64,000 nucleotides of DNA from Candidatus Bathyarchaeota archaeon (GCA_963726255.1 CAVSBL010000002.1:416001-480000); one strand, 5' to 3'. Positions 29,405 through 39,413 are shown, numbered from the stretch's first letter. A program made the numbers and translations. The notes: generated from the letters alone by a model not told the origin.

Positions 29405-29701
29405 CTAATCGATATGTCCCAGCAGAATCTGCCAGGGCTCGATCTTAGCGATTCGGAGTATGCCCATCGACATCCAAGGATCGGCAGCAAGTCGTCTCTC
29501 AATCGCACTTTCTCTGTCAGCACTGACGATCAGCATTCTTGAATCATCGCCCAAAGGACCGCCGAGAAGTACAAAACGCTCGTCAACAAGGCTGTTCATA
29601 AATGCCGCATGTTTGGCCCACTCTTCTTGCTCCCGTATGGACCGCGAATGATTCCAGGCTGGGCCAAGCGCTTCAATTACCACGAAATACTTCATACTCA
29701 T
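29405..29701 (-). CDS. YciI-family protein
   Basis: GPAW...REQ..W..HAAFM..L...FVLLGGPL, LAADPW. Confidence 0.8.
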   Translation of the reverse strand: MSMKYFVVIEALGPAWNHSRSIREQEEWAKHAAFMNSLVDERFVLLGGPLGDDSRMLIVSADRESAIERRLAADPWMSMGILRIAKIEPWQILLGHID

Positions 29702-29782
29702 CCGTTCGAGATCTATACAGAGTTTGTCAAATTGCCGACAAACGCTTGTCACAAGGGCGGCTGAAGTTCAGGCATTTTCCTA

Positions 29783-29813
29783 TGTGTATGGGTCTAATGG
29801 TGCGCACACACAC
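29783..29813 (+). repeat. Family A site (forward, near-complete palindrome)
   Basis: TGTGTATGGGTCTAATGGTGCGCACACACAC. Confidence 0.85.
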
Positions 29814-29858
29814 TAAGAAAAGGGAAGCCTCAAAAACCATTCGAACTAATGGGAATGC

Positions 29859-30308
29859 ATGAATTCCGAGGTTCTTGATCTCGAACTGCTGATTCGTAAG
29901 CCACCAGATTCGGTTCGCGCCTGGTGGACGGAGTACCCGGACGACTACCGCGCGAAGGACCCACGAGAACAACCATACCGAATCCTGACCACTCGTCGGT
30001 TCCCGAACGGCCGAGAGGTTAGAACCTATTGGCGACTGCCCGATGGATCAACTCCGGAGTTGCAGGAGGTCCTCAACTTGAAACCCGACGGAACGTGGAC
30101 TTATGAACTTCCGTATCCAAATCCAACAGGCATCCATGTCTTCGATGAATTTCGCACTGAACCAACACCGATCGGAACCAGACTCTTGATACATAGTACG
30201 TTGACACCGCGAGACCCTGCCGCTACAGGCCGTGTTTCCGGGCTAAAGGAAATCATGATTTGGAGTTGGAAGCATGCAGCAGAGGTTTGTGAACATGACG
30301 CCCCTTGA
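29859..30308 (+). CDS. Hypothetical protein, possibly SRPBCC/START fold
   Basis: IRKPPDSVRAWWT start, EPTPIGTRL and a C-terminal helix. Confidence 0.55.
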   Translation: MNSEVLDLELLIRKPPDSVRAWWTEYPDDYRAKDPREQPYRILTTRRFPNGREVRTYWRLPDGSTPELQEVLNLKPDGTWTYELPYPNPTGIHVFDEFRTEPTPIGTRLLIHSTLTPRDPAATGRVSGLKEIMIWSWKHAAEVCEHDAP

Positions 30309-30410
30309 TTAAGTCAGCCTACGGCAAAACCGAATCTCCCTCTGTGGTCTGTGGGTGTACTGCGTCATAATGGGCACAGGGAAAACATTCCGAATACGAC
30401 GCCTAGAATC

Positions 30411-31103
30411 TCAGAGACCAGCTTTCGCTTTCAACGCTGCCCATCTGTCTTCACCTAACGCTTCTTCTGCCATGCGTGCCAGGTTCTGGAAAACCGGCGC
30501 AGGCGCGCTCTTCTTCAATTCCATGAACATGCCAGTTAGTTCGTTAATGTTGAGCGATGGAAAGAGCCAACTATTCCATTGAGCAGCTCGTTCAGCCGTG
30601 AGGCTTTCAATCACGTTTGTTCGCATAGCAATAATCTGTTCATCAGTAAAATGTTTCCACATCGCAGGGACGAGTGTCGATTCTTCACCATTCAGATGTG
30701 TAAGGTAGAAGGCGAACAAATCATTCGCTGTGCGGTTCAGTTTATCGCCCATCTCAATCCTTTCTTCTCGATTCTTAAGCGTCTTTACTTCATCTGCAAT
30801 CTTCCACAGACCTGCTATCATTCTCACAACCTCTCTATGCTCCTTCAATAGTGTATCGACCATCTCGGGCTCAAACGCTCGAACATCCGGAAAGACATAC
30901 TGATCCTCGAGCCCTGCATGTTCATGAAGCAAGCAGAGAGTGCAAGCAGAACTAGCGGAGGCAAGATCCTGCTTCAACCTGGAGACCATTGCGTCGGTTG
31001 CGTGCTCATCGGTGAAGTCTGTTGCTTGAAGTTCCTTTGCCAGTTCGTAAATCATTGACCGAAGGGCTTTATGAATTGGCGTCAAAAAATCTGCGCGAGT
31101 CAA
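30411..31103 (-). CDS. Hemerythrin-domain protein
   Basis: IHKALR, HAGLEDQYVFP, KEH, HLNGEESTLVP. Confidence 0.82.
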   Translation of the reverse strand: MTRADFLTPIHKALRSMIYELAKELQATDFTDEHATDAMVSRLKQDLASASSACTLCLLHEHAGLEDQYVFPDVRAFEPEMVDTLLKEHREVVRMIAGLWKIADEVKTLKNREERIEMGDKLNRTANDLFAFYLTHLNGEESTLVPAMWKHFTDEQIIAMRTNVIESLTAERAAQWNSWLFPSLNINELTGMFMELKKSAPAPVFQNLARMAEEALGEDRWAALKAKAGL

Positions 31104-31165
31104 GACTTGATCGTAGCGGGAGTATGATGCAGCGTTATTTGTTTCTTATCCTTGTTGGGGCGAGT

Positions 31166-31196
31166 TGTGTGTGGGTCTAGTGGTGCGCACACACAC
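31166..31196 (+). repeat. Family A site (forward, best-conserved copy)
   Basis: TGTGTGTGGGTCTAGTGGTGCGCACACACAC. Confidence 0.88.
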
Positions 31197-31235
31197 TTCT
31201 AACCGACGTTCTGACGACGAGCATGCTGCTTTTTC

Positions 31236-31895
31236 TCAACGCTGTCCAGTCGGTACCTTTTCCGCATGCAAGAGGACGAAGGCCAGCACCGCCACCCATA
31301 GCATCCAACCATAGATGTTAACGCGTTCAGTGGCACCGAGCCATGGGGTCGGCAGGTTAGCGCTAATCGCAGGAACGTAAGAAAATCCAATAAAACCAAA
31401 CGCCAAGATTATCATGAACGACCCGACCGAGTAGTAGCGGAACCAATTTCGATATGCAACGGCTCCGAACACTATGGCCAACAGAATGGTGAAAACCCCC
31501 ACAGCGGTGAGAATCACGTGAAGCATACCGGCAGACTCTGCGCCGGTCACCCCGCGCATCGGTGCTGGGAAGTATACGGGCGTCACCAAACCATCGATCG
31601 CCTGGCCGAATACCATCAATGCTGTGACGCGCAAGGCGCGGTTGCGACCAGCTGACACCCAGACGCCCAAAGCGAACGCAAGCAAGAGCACGCCATACAC
31701 GGCGCCTAACCGAAGACCGAGTTGTCTAACAGGAGAGCTGGGGGAGAGCAGCTCGCTGAAGCCTTGAGATGCAAAACTGTAGCCCACATACAGTGTACCT
31801 GCGAGCGCGTCGATACTGGCATAAAGCAGCGAAGAGAAGATGCCGCAGAGGAGTAAGACCTGTCGTTTTTTCGTCAATGTCTGCGCAAGCCCCAC
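31236..31895 (-). CDS. DUF998-family membrane protein
   Basis: GYSFASQGFSEL, a conserved His, PTPWLGATERVNIY. Confidence 0.78.
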   Translation of the reverse strand: MGLAQTLTKKRQVLLLCGIFSSLLYASIDALAGTLYVGYSFASQGFSELLSPSSPVRQLGLRLGAVYGVLLLAFALGVWVSAGRNRALRVTALMVFGQAIDGLVTPVYFPAPMRGVTGAESAGMLHVILTAVGVFTILLAIVFGAVAYRNWFRYYSVGSFMIILAFGFIGFSYVPAISANLPTPWLGATERVNIYGWMLWVAVLAFVLLHAEKVPTGQR

Positions 31896-32074
31896 CAGGC
31901 CCCTACATCCTGGCGGTCAAGTACGAGGTCATGATTTGTGGTTTCCGTTTCTTGCGCGTGTCCAAGATGACCAGGGTAACCATAGTCCGATTGGTTGTCC
32001 TAGGGGCTGCTTTGTTCTTCTCCCGTTAGCGTAGAGGTAATATGCGTTGGGCCATAGGCTACGTGTCGTGATTC

Positions 32075-32887
32075 ATGTCGATGAAGGTAAGTCCGATAGT
32101 CTTCCAAGCTAGTAACGTGGTCGCGGTCATCGCTGTACTCATCATGAATACGTTGGTGAACATACTGCCGCTTAACGGTGTAACGACTGGGCAAGTTTCC
32201 GATTCCTATCCCAGTCTATTCACTCCACCAGGCTACGTCTTCTCTATCTGGGGCATGATCTATGCCTTTGCAGTGGTCTTCATGTTCTATCAAGCTAGAC
32301 CGAGCGAACGCGCGAAAGCCTACCTGACGCAGATCAACTTCCTATACCTTATCAGCGCTATCGCCAACGTGTCCTGGCTGTTTATCTTCCAATACTCCTA
32401 CGGGGTTCCACAGCTTTTCGTTATCTCACTGATCCCTATGACCGCCCTACTTCTCTGCCTAATCTCAATGTACCAGCGCTTGGGCATTGGAAGAATTCGT
32501 GTGCCTCGAAACCAGAAGCTTGCTGTTCACCTGCCAATCAGTATCTATCTCGGCTGGGTCTCGCTTGCCATCATAGCCAACATTGCATCAGTCTTGAACG
32601 TACTCATTCCAGGCATCCCCATGCCTACGCAGGCGCTTTGGACAGCCATCGTACTGGTCGTGGCTCTGGCGATCACAATTCTCATGGTGTGGACTCGAAG
32701 CGATTTCGCGTTCGGGCTTGTAGTTATCTGGGCTTCGATCGGCATTGCGTTCAATCGAGTTGCAATCCCCGCTGTCTTCGCGACTTCAACCGTAACCGCC
32801 ACCGTCGTGGCGATTCTCATCCTTGCCACACCATTCCTCAAGAAGGGGGGCTTCATTAGGTTCTACATGACAGCCAGCGGCGAGTAG
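32075..32887 (+). CDS. TspO/MBR-like tryptophan-rich membrane protein
   Basis: LPLNGVTTGQVSDSYPSLFTPPGYVFSIWGMIY, SIYLGWVSLA..AN. Confidence 0.78.
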   Translation: MSMKVSPIVFQASNVVAVIAVLIMNTLVNILPLNGVTTGQVSDSYPSLFTPPGYVFSIWGMIYAFAVVFMFYQARPSERAKAYLTQINFLYLISAIANVSWLFIFQYSYGVPQLFVISLIPMTALLLCLISMYQRLGIGRIRVPRNQKLAVHLPISIYLGWVSLAIIANIASVLNVLIPGIPMPTQALWTAIVLVVALAITILMVWTRSDFAFGLVVIWASIGIAFNRVAIPAVFATSTVTATVVAILILATPFLKKGGFIRFYMTASGE

Positions 32888-32953
32888 GCAGGGCCACAAG
32901 CCGCATTCTCATCCAATTTCACATGTAACCGCTGGGCTGTTTGCGTAGTACTC

Positions 32954-33008
32954 ATGGTGCGCACACACACAGCCCTTACGGTGACAACCTCAACGGTCTG
33001 CGCACCAG
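32954..33008. repeat. Two partial family A sites (forward 32954-32970, reverse 32999-33008)
   Basis: ATGGTGCGCACACACAC and TGCGCACCAG. Confidence 0.65.
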
Positions 33009-33627
33009 CTCATAAGGTACCCAATATCCTCGCTAGTACCAGAAACCCAAGTCGGAGCTATAGAATCTGGACAAGCCAGTGGACTCTTTCGCAAACGTCT
33101 TGAATACAGCCTGAAAGAAACAGGCCTGCATGAATGCGCGACTAGCGGTATCGTGTTTTGCTGTCAGTAAAGAAGCGGTGATCGTTTTGAACCATTGAGA
33201 GATTCCCGCTAGTAAGCGGGGCAGACCTGCCGGATTTGTAACGGCGACCAACCCCTCAGATATGGAAGGAATTAGGCGAGTTTTGGAGTGCCCAGGTCAA
33301 CGTCGGATTTGTGCTCTCGCAGCAGATTATCGATGACAACAATCCAATCAGCCTATTATCTCTAGAGGTGCAGGCTGACTTGGAGGCATGAATTGAATGC
33401 TTGGTTCGAGCGGTTACGTCACGTATTCGAAATGTGGGTTGTTCTTGTTTTCACTCGGTATCCGCATCTCTTAATGATGGATCGATACTCGGAGGAAAAG
33501 GCCCAGATCATGACTAGACTGTCGAACGAGACCAGAACGAAGAACTCAAGGAGCAATAAATCCTCCCGACTTTAGACTGGCTCCTTTCTTGTGCGAATTG
33601 GAGTGCCCTGATTGAACTGACGTTCCG

Positions 33628-33669
33628 GTGTGTGTGGGTCTAGTGGTGCGAGCAGTGGAATTTGAACCG
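33628..33669 (+). repeat. Family A left arm fused to a tRNA 3'-end complement
   Basis: GTGTGTGTGGGTCTAG-TGGTGCGAGCAGTGGAATTTGAACCG. Confidence 0.78.
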
Positions 33670-33744
33670 TCGTCGTTCGTAGTTAGTGAAGGTATGTAGG
33701 CGCACCAAGGGTACCAAATATGTCTGACCGCACGTGCGCGCTTC

Positions 33745-34944
33745 CTAGGTCGCCGCTGGAGTTGGTTCTTTGATTTTGAACCAGATTATGAAACCGATTA
33801 TGATAGCTAGGACTAGGTTGAGTATGAAGGGGGATTGTGGTGATATGTTGTCCCACATCCACCCACCTAGGATTGGGGACACGGCTGATGCCATGCCGGC
33901 AACGAGCGCCAGTATCCCAAACGTCTGACCGTACCTCTCTCGCCCGTAATGCAGAACAATGTGAGCGTTTAGGGCGGGCATCCACAAACTGTAGACGAAA
34001 CCAGCGAACACGGCGGATATGTACGCGAACTCAGGTCTCCAACCCAACAAAAGCGGCAGAAAACAACCAATAGCGGACCATTCACTAGCCGCCAGGAAAG
34101 GCCTCCCGCCGAGCTTGTCGAGCTTGGAACCCAACGTGAAACCCGTCAGCGCTGGGATTCCAGCGGAGATTGCCAATGCTATCCCTAACTGTTCTGGGGT
34201 AGATTTCATCTCTTTGAAAATATACAACGCCCAGAAGGGGAAGCTGATTCTCCATGCGACTGAATCGAGCGCTACTACCACCAGCAAAGGTATGAGGCTT
34301 TTGTCGGGGCGTAGGAACCCCCACCAAGACCCGGCTGCGGCTTCGGTTCGCTGGATTGGCTCTGGTTTGTAGCCCAGAGCCACGACTCCGAGAGCAGTTG
34401 CAACGAGAACGGCGGAAGTTGTGAAAATTATTTGTCTCGGGAGACCCATCGTGGTCGCTAAGAAACCCCCAAGGAGCGGTGCCAGTGTGGCGGCCGTTTC
34501 AGTTATGCCAAGGTCAATGCTGAAAATCTTTCCAAGTCCCTGCGTTGTGGTTGCGTGGCCGAGCGCCGCGTATGAAGCTGTCCCACGAATCGCCTGGTCC
34601 AAACTCACTAGCACGATGCCCGCGCCCAACAGAACCCAGTATGTGGCGAAAGAGTACGAAAAGAAACCAACCAGCGTCACGAGTCCCCCTACGAGAATGA
34701 AGGGTTTTCGCCCAATTCGATCAATCAAGACACCAATGGGCAAGCGAAGAAATGTGGCGCCCAGGCCTCCGATGGTTTGAGCTTGACCCACGAATGTTAT
34801 GCTAACCCCGATGGCGACGATTAACGGCGCGACGGAGGGAGAGCTGAAGCCAACCGCGAACCCGAAAAGCCCATCCACCATTATCAGGAGTAAGATCTCA
34901 CCCCTGAACAAACTAGGCCGAGCAATTGGGCTCGTCGGATACAC
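33745..34944 (-). CDS. MFS transporter
   Basis: GVLIDRIGRKP, SKLDKLGGRP; about 12 TM segments. Confidence 0.85.
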   Translation of the reverse strand: MYPTSPIARPSLFRGEILLLIMVDGLFGFAVGFSSPSVAPLIVAIGVSITFVGQAQTIGGLGATFLRLPIGVLIDRIGRKPFILVGGLVTLVGFFSYSFATYWVLLGAGIVLVSLDQAIRGTASYAALGHATTTQGLGKIFSIDLGITETAATLAPLLGGFLATTMGLPRQIIFTTSAVLVATALGVVALGYKPEPIQRTEAAAGSWWGFLRPDKSLIPLLVVVALDSVAWRISFPFWALYIFKEMKSTPEQLGIALAISAGIPALTGFTLGSKLDKLGGRPFLAASEWSAIGCFLPLLLGWRPEFAYISAVFAGFVYSLWMPALNAHIVLHYGRERYGQTFGILALVAGMASAVSPILGGWMWDNISPQSPFILNLVLAIIIGFIIWFKIKEPTPAAT

Positions 34945-35164
34945 CCCGAAGCAAACTCGGACACGAAGAGACTATTTCTGGATGTCCACTCATTGCCGGC
35001 AGCGATTTCGAACGTAAAAGAACCGGGCAATGCGGGCTCTGTTCGGTTTATGGCTGTTCGTGTCGGTTGTTCGGCATCGGCGGATGTTTATTCAGAGTTT
35101 TTCATGTCACGCGCCCACATTATACTATATAGTCTTCGAATGAGAAGTAACAGGGAGAGGAAAC

Positions 35165-35497
35165 ATGAAGATTGATGGAGTCGCGTTCTCCATAACCGAG
35201 TGGAGTGCAGTTGAGCCTGTTGAACATAGGGGAGAGAAGGGTTCAGCCTATTGGCGCACGTTGGAGACCGGAAACGTGCGCGTTCGAATCGTCGAATACT
35301 CCCCTGGGTACGTTGCGGATCATTGGTGCACTAGGGGACATGTGCTCTTGGTTCTGGAGGGAGAGTTAGTCACGGAGTTGAAGGATGGAAGAAAATTCAC
35401 GCTGAAACCTGGTTGCAGCTACCAAGTCGCAGACGACGAAAGAAATCCACACAAGTCAAGTACAGAGAAGGGCGCCAAACTGTTCATCGTCGACTAG
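35165..35497 (+). CDS. DHCW-motif cupin-fold protein
   Basis: EYSPGYVADHWCTRGH, SYQVADD..PH.S. Confidence 0.88.
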   Translation: MKIDGVAFSITEWSAVEPVEHRGEKGSAYWRTLETGNVRVRIVEYSPGYVADHWCTRGHVLLVLEGELVTELKDGRKFTLKPGCSYQVADDERNPHKSSTEKGAKLFIVD

Positions 35498-35499
35498 GC

Positions 35500-35521
35500 T
35501 GTGTGTGCTCTATCTGGTGTG
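35500..35521 (+). repeat. Degenerate family A site
   Basis: TGTGTGTGCTCTATCTGGTGTG, 2 nt after the cupin stop codon. Confidence 0.4.
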
Positions 35522-35615
35522 ACTGAATGTTCGTTAGAGCCACTGAGCATAACAATCTTTAAACTAATTATGACTAGCCACAATCCATTGAGACAGCTCG
35601 GGGAAAAAAGCAGGG

Positions 35616-36401
35616 TTGAACGGTTTTAACCGGAAAATACTATTGAACTTGGTCTTTGTCTCAATTGTACTCCTTGCCTTTTCCACTTTGCTGGGGAGCG
35701 CGTTCGGTCAGGTAGACTGCCCACCTGGATCACCGGGATTCCCGAATTGTGATTCGGGCGGTTTGCTGAGAGATGTCCTGACCTCTGTGCTGACACTTCT
35801 AGTTGTTCTCAACCCTGTAGTTGGACTGGTGTATTTCTCAGGCCTTACAGCTGGTTCGACCGTCCGTCAGAAGCAATTGATCGCAAACCGGGCTTCAGTC
35901 GTTGTTATCGTTCTGCTCTTGTTCTTCGCCTACCTAGGGGACGGAATACTAGCCGCACTAGGCATCACTTTGCATTACATTATGATCGCCGGAGGACTAT
36001 TCATTCTAATCTTCGCGATCAAGGACGCGCTTGGGGGTGCGTCCATTTCGGAGCATATGGATGAATCTGCGACCCCAAGCGGAGGTCAACTGTCTGATGC
36101 AGACGCGGAACGCATTGCCATCATACCGCTCGCGGTACCAGTGCTTGCTGGCCCAGGAGCGATGGCCGCAGTTATGATTTTGAATGATTTGCAATTCGGT
36201 TTCGTGGCGACCGGCATCGCCGTCGTAATCGATGCTACAATATGCTGGGTTACCATGCGGTTGAGCAGCAGGATTTTGAGTGCGGTTAGGCCCTCCTTCT
36301 TGACGATTGTGGGAAAGGTGATGGATATACTTGTCAGCGGTGTAGCCGTTGCATTCCTCATTCGAGGAATTACCGGAGCCTTGGGCATAAGTTTCGTTTG
36401 A
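35616..36401 (+). CDS. MarC-family membrane protein
   Basis: VVLNPV, IAGGL, IIPLAVPVLAGPGAMAAV. Confidence 0.88.
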   Translation: MNGFNRKILLNLVFVSIVLLAFSTLLGSAFGQVDCPPGSPGFPNCDSGGLLRDVLTSVLTLLVVLNPVVGLVYFSGLTAGSTVRQKQLIANRASVVVIVLLLFFAYLGDGILAALGITLHYIMIAGGLFILIFAIKDALGGASISEHMDESATPSGGQLSDADAERIAIIPLAVPVLAGPGAMAAVMILNDLQFGFVATGIAVVIDATICWVTMRLSSRILSAVRPSFLTIVGKVMDILVSGVAVAFLIRGITGALGISFV

Positions 36402-36500
36402 GGCACACATAATTTGCGAGTGTGGGGGTAAAAGGATTGCACAGCAGCAGAAAATTGAAGAAGATTGAATGTGTACTGAATATGTATCGCACGTGAGAAA

Positions 36501-36817
36501 ATGGTAGACAGGGCATACAAAAAGGACCTACCTGCACTGAGGAACGCTCTTGAGGAATTACGAGAGAGCTTTTCCAATCTTAGTTCTAAGACAGATTGGA
36601 CTAAACTGAGAATTGAACCGTTGCTGAAACATTTGCGATCACTGGACAGTTGTTGGAATCAGGAGAGTTTTCAGGAGAATTTTCACGATTGACAAAAGGA
36701 GTTGAGTTATTTCATTCCGACTTGGTGTATCTTAGAACAAATATCAGAGGGTTGGAAAAGGTTCTTCAGTCTGAGAAGAAATTTCTGGGGCGAAAAAACA
36801 AAAAAAGAAGCGGTTGA
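36501..36817 (+). pseudogene. Hypothetical protein with a 1-nt frameshift near 36647
   Basis: After HLRSL the shifted frame continues QLLESGEFSGEFSRLTKGVELFHSDLVYLRTNIRGLEKVL. Confidence 0.5.
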
Positions 36818-36847
36818 GCAGCACGTCCCATTCACCGGTCACCTTTC

Positions 36848-36882
36848 GTGTGTGTGGTGCGGTCTCGTGGTGCGCACACACA
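36848..36882 (+). repeat. Family A site (forward)
   Basis: GTGTGTGTGGTGCGGTCTCGTGGTGCGCACACACA. Confidence 0.78.
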
Positions 36883-36940
36883 ACCCTCAAGAGCCCAGTA
36901 ATCGTCCCTGAAGATGCGAGGAGAAACATGTCAGAGCGAA

Positions 36941-37087
36941 CTTGAGAAAGCGGTCGAACTGATTGAAGCGGAATACTCGAGAGGCGCAGATTGGCTGGGC
37001 GAAATCGCATATGACCCATTGTACGCTGCGGTCTCCGATGACCCCCGAGTCAAATCGATTCTAAGGAAGCTAGGGATTGCTCTCTAA
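36941..37087 (+). pseudogene. C-terminal fragment of a TolB-N/TPR protein
   Basis: LEKAVELIEAEYSRGADWLGEIAYDPLYAAVSDDPRVKSILRKLGIAL resembles the tail of 39414-40967. Confidence 0.55.
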
Positions 37088-37124
37088 GCTTCTTATTTCC
37101 CCACATCATGTGCGGAGCTTTGCA

Positions 37125-37148
37125 TGTGTGTGCGCACCATTAGACCCC
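37125..37148 (-). repeat. Family A site (reverse)
   Basis: TGTGTGTGCGCACCATTAGACCCC. Confidence 0.82.
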
Positions 37149-37219
37149 CCAAGGACAGGAAATATCATGAAATCATAAAATCACAAAAATAGAAAGAGAA
37201 TAGACACCGCATGAATGAC

Positions 37220-37534
37220 TTAGGCGAGGGCTAGAGGAATTACCTTCTCGGTTGGCAGGGCCGGAGACGTCTTATGGCGTGTGAAGAATCCTGGCATCGC
37301 TTTTGTCCAAAGAAGTTGGGCGTTGAATGCGGCTTCTTCATTCTCGGCTTCGAATATTGTTACGCCCCAAGATGGGATGCTCGGAGTTATGTACCAGGCG
37401 ATGACTTTGACTCCCTTTGTAGGCCACTTACCTGATTGGGCCAGTTGGGCTCCTATCTTCGCAATTTCCTTGATGTCTTTGTCGGGATTCAATTCCCAAT
37501 AGGTCATCATTAACATAGCTTTCACCTCCTTCAA
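37220..37534 (-). CDS. DUF3303-like small protein
   Basis: MLMMTYWE, GVKVIAWY, GVTIFEAENEE..W..SPAL. Confidence 0.65.
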   Translation of the reverse strand: MKEVKAMLMMTYWELNPDKDIKEIAKIGAQLAQSGKWPTKGVKVIAWYITPSIPSWGVTIFEAENEEAAFNAQLLWTKAMPGFFTRHKTSPALPTEKVIPLALA

Positions 37535-37557
37535 ACTTAATGTTAGGGAGTTCCACG

Positions 37558-38034
37558 CTAGGTTTTCGCTTCAGCTCTCCTCGCTAGGATTTGTCTGATT
37601 TCGATTGGGAGCTGAGGCTCGTAGCTCACTTGAAGCATCCACCGTAGTAAGTCGCGTTCCGAAACGAGACCGACAAGTTCCTCTCCATCGATGACTGGGA
37701 GCCTTCGGATACCGTGCTTAGCCATAAGATAAACGGCTTTGTCTATAGAAGTGCCCGGGGTTGCAGTAATAAGCGGACCTGACATTACTCGCCTCACTGG
37801 GGTTATCAGAAGATTCGAGCTCTTCGCAACTCTTCGAGACACATCACGTTCCGTGACAATTCCTACAGGTTTCTTACCTTCGACAACTACCACACACCCG
37901 ATGTTTTTCTTGACGATCTTCTTGAGCGCGTATTGAAGAAGGTCGGTCGGTTTCACGGTTTCAACGGGGCTAACCATTACCGATTCTACGCAGTCAACAA
38001 AACTTCCAGGCTCTCTCTTCCTCATCACGCGCAT
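37558..38034 (-). CDS. CBS-domain protein
   Basis: VGIVTERD, VM..PLIT, IRRLPV, VGLVSERD. Confidence 0.9.
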   Translation of the reverse strand: MRVMRKREPGSFVDCVESVMVSPVETVKPTDLLQYALKKIVKKNIGCVVVVEGKKPVGIVTERDVSRRVAKSSNLLITPVRRVMSGPLITATPGTSIDKAVYLMAKHGIRRLPVIDGEELVGLVSERDLLRWMLQVSYEPQLPIEIRQILARRAEAKT

Positions 38035-38130
38035 CCCAACTACGGCCCAACACCTTCAGGTATTACTTCTAAGAGTTGCCGTATGTTACTTTCTTACTCG
38101 CAGCGGCGACGGAGATACGACTTTTTCGTG

Positions 38131-38162
38131 GTGCGTGTGCGCACCGACCTACCCACATCCAC
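38131..38162 (-). repeat. Family A site (reverse, degenerate)
   Basis: GTGCGTGTGCGCACCGACCTACCCACATCCAC. Confidence 0.6.
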
Positions 38163-38264
38163 TAAAACACGCCTCCGGACTCCATGAATAGAACATGGGA
38201 TTCAGGAGTTGGAAAGCTTATCCGCTCTTTGCATCGTTATTTCACTGTTTAGTCAAGGCTTCCC

Positions 38265-38291
38265 TGTGCCCCTAACGGGGCGCACACACAC
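38265..38291 (+). repeat. Family A site (forward, degenerate)
   Basis: TGTGCCCCTAACGGGGCGCACACACAC. Confidence 0.5.
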
Positions 38292-38371
38292 TTTCAAGAC
38301 ATGAAGGACGACGGTCCGAATTACGAGGGGGGCACCAGGTAACGCCGGGGTCGTCCCTGTTCAACAGCCCA

Positions 38372-39073
38372 TCACTTGGCCAGGGATACCAGGTCCTTGG
38401 CCAGCTCTTCAGGTTTCGTAATCATCGGCCAATGAGCTGTTTCAATGAGATTGTAGGGGCCTTCCAGCTTTCCCCACTTCCCGGCAATTATCTCGTCGAC
38501 TGGGTCCCCGCTGAGACTGCAGAAGACGTATGCCTCCTTCACCTCGTCGTAGTTCTTTGACAGCGTGATCGGGTCGGTCGCAAGTCTAATCGGCCAGGGT
38601 GTCGCCATGGACATCATCCATTTTCGGTTTGAGCCTCTGACATCCTTTCCGATGCGGTCGATAATCTCCTCGGTGAGTGGAATTGCAGTACCGCCCTGGG
38701 GCGGAGACCCGAACTCGCGCGTAGGGTCGAACCCACCCTGCGGCGTCCTCACCTTCTCTGGTCGGAATGCATCAACGTAGATGACCGTCTCTACCTTTTG
38801 GTGTACGCGGTCCGCCACGGCGGCCACCACTTTGCCCGCAAAGCTGTGCCCCACCAGAACGCAAGCGTCAAGATCGTTGTACTTGATCACGTTGATGACA
38901 TCCTGGATGGCGGTCTCCATGCCGACATCTTTCGTGGCAAGGTGGACCCTTTCGCCCATTCCAGTCAATGTGACTGGATAGGCAGAATGACCCTCTTTCT
39001 CGAGGAGTGGAGTTACCTCCTTCCAGGCCCACGCCCCCAACCATGCGCCTGGAACTAGCACGAATCTTACCAT
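38372..39073 (-). CDS. Alpha/beta hydrolase (esterase-like)
   Basis: FVLVPGAWLGAWAW, LVGHSFAG, YVDA, HWPMITKP. Confidence 0.9.
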   Translation of the reverse strand: MVRFVLVPGAWLGAWAWKEVTPLLEKEGHSAYPVTLTGMGERVHLATKDVGMETAIQDVINVIKYNDLDACVLVGHSFAGKVVAAVADRVHQKVETVIYVDAFRPEKVRTPQGGFDPTREFGSPPQGGTAIPLTEEIIDRIGKDVRGSNRKWMMSMATPWPIRLATDPITLSKNYDEVKEAYVFCSLSGDPVDEIIAGKWGKLEGPYNLIETAHWPMITKPEELAKDLVSLAK

Positions 39074-39229
39074 GGGGACCCTTGGGGATAGCTCGCTACA
39101 TAAGTCTCTCGAATGTAACCTCTGGTCAGAGGGTTGTGTGAAAATAATGCACGAGGGAATCCAACCGTGTTCTCGTGGCATATGACATCATACGCATGGT
39201 GTCGAATCACACCTCACTCGCAAAGCCGA

Positions 39230-39252
39230 GTGTGTGTGGGTCTATTGGTGCG
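39230..39252 (+). repeat. Family A left arm plus core
   Basis: GTGTGTGTGGGTCTATTGGTGCG. Confidence 0.8.
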
Positions 39253-39413
39253 CCGCCCCCGCCGCGGGCTTAATGACCTTGACGACGCCGACGAAGACGA
39301 ACGATTACGACGACGCTAATACGAACGACGACATGATTGCTTACGAACGACAAGAACTCTTCAACGAGAACCTACAGAACAGTTCTTCATTGCGTATGAG
39401 TATGAAGTGACTG

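Noticed and set aside
30341-30380. Additional family A site
   Set aside because: Similarity (TGTGGTCTGTGGGTGTAC) is too weak to call.
31182-31192. GGTGCGCA match to the XerC arm of E. coli dif
   Set aside because: Only 8 bp, no XerD-type arm; better explained by the tRNA-end core plus the CA arm.
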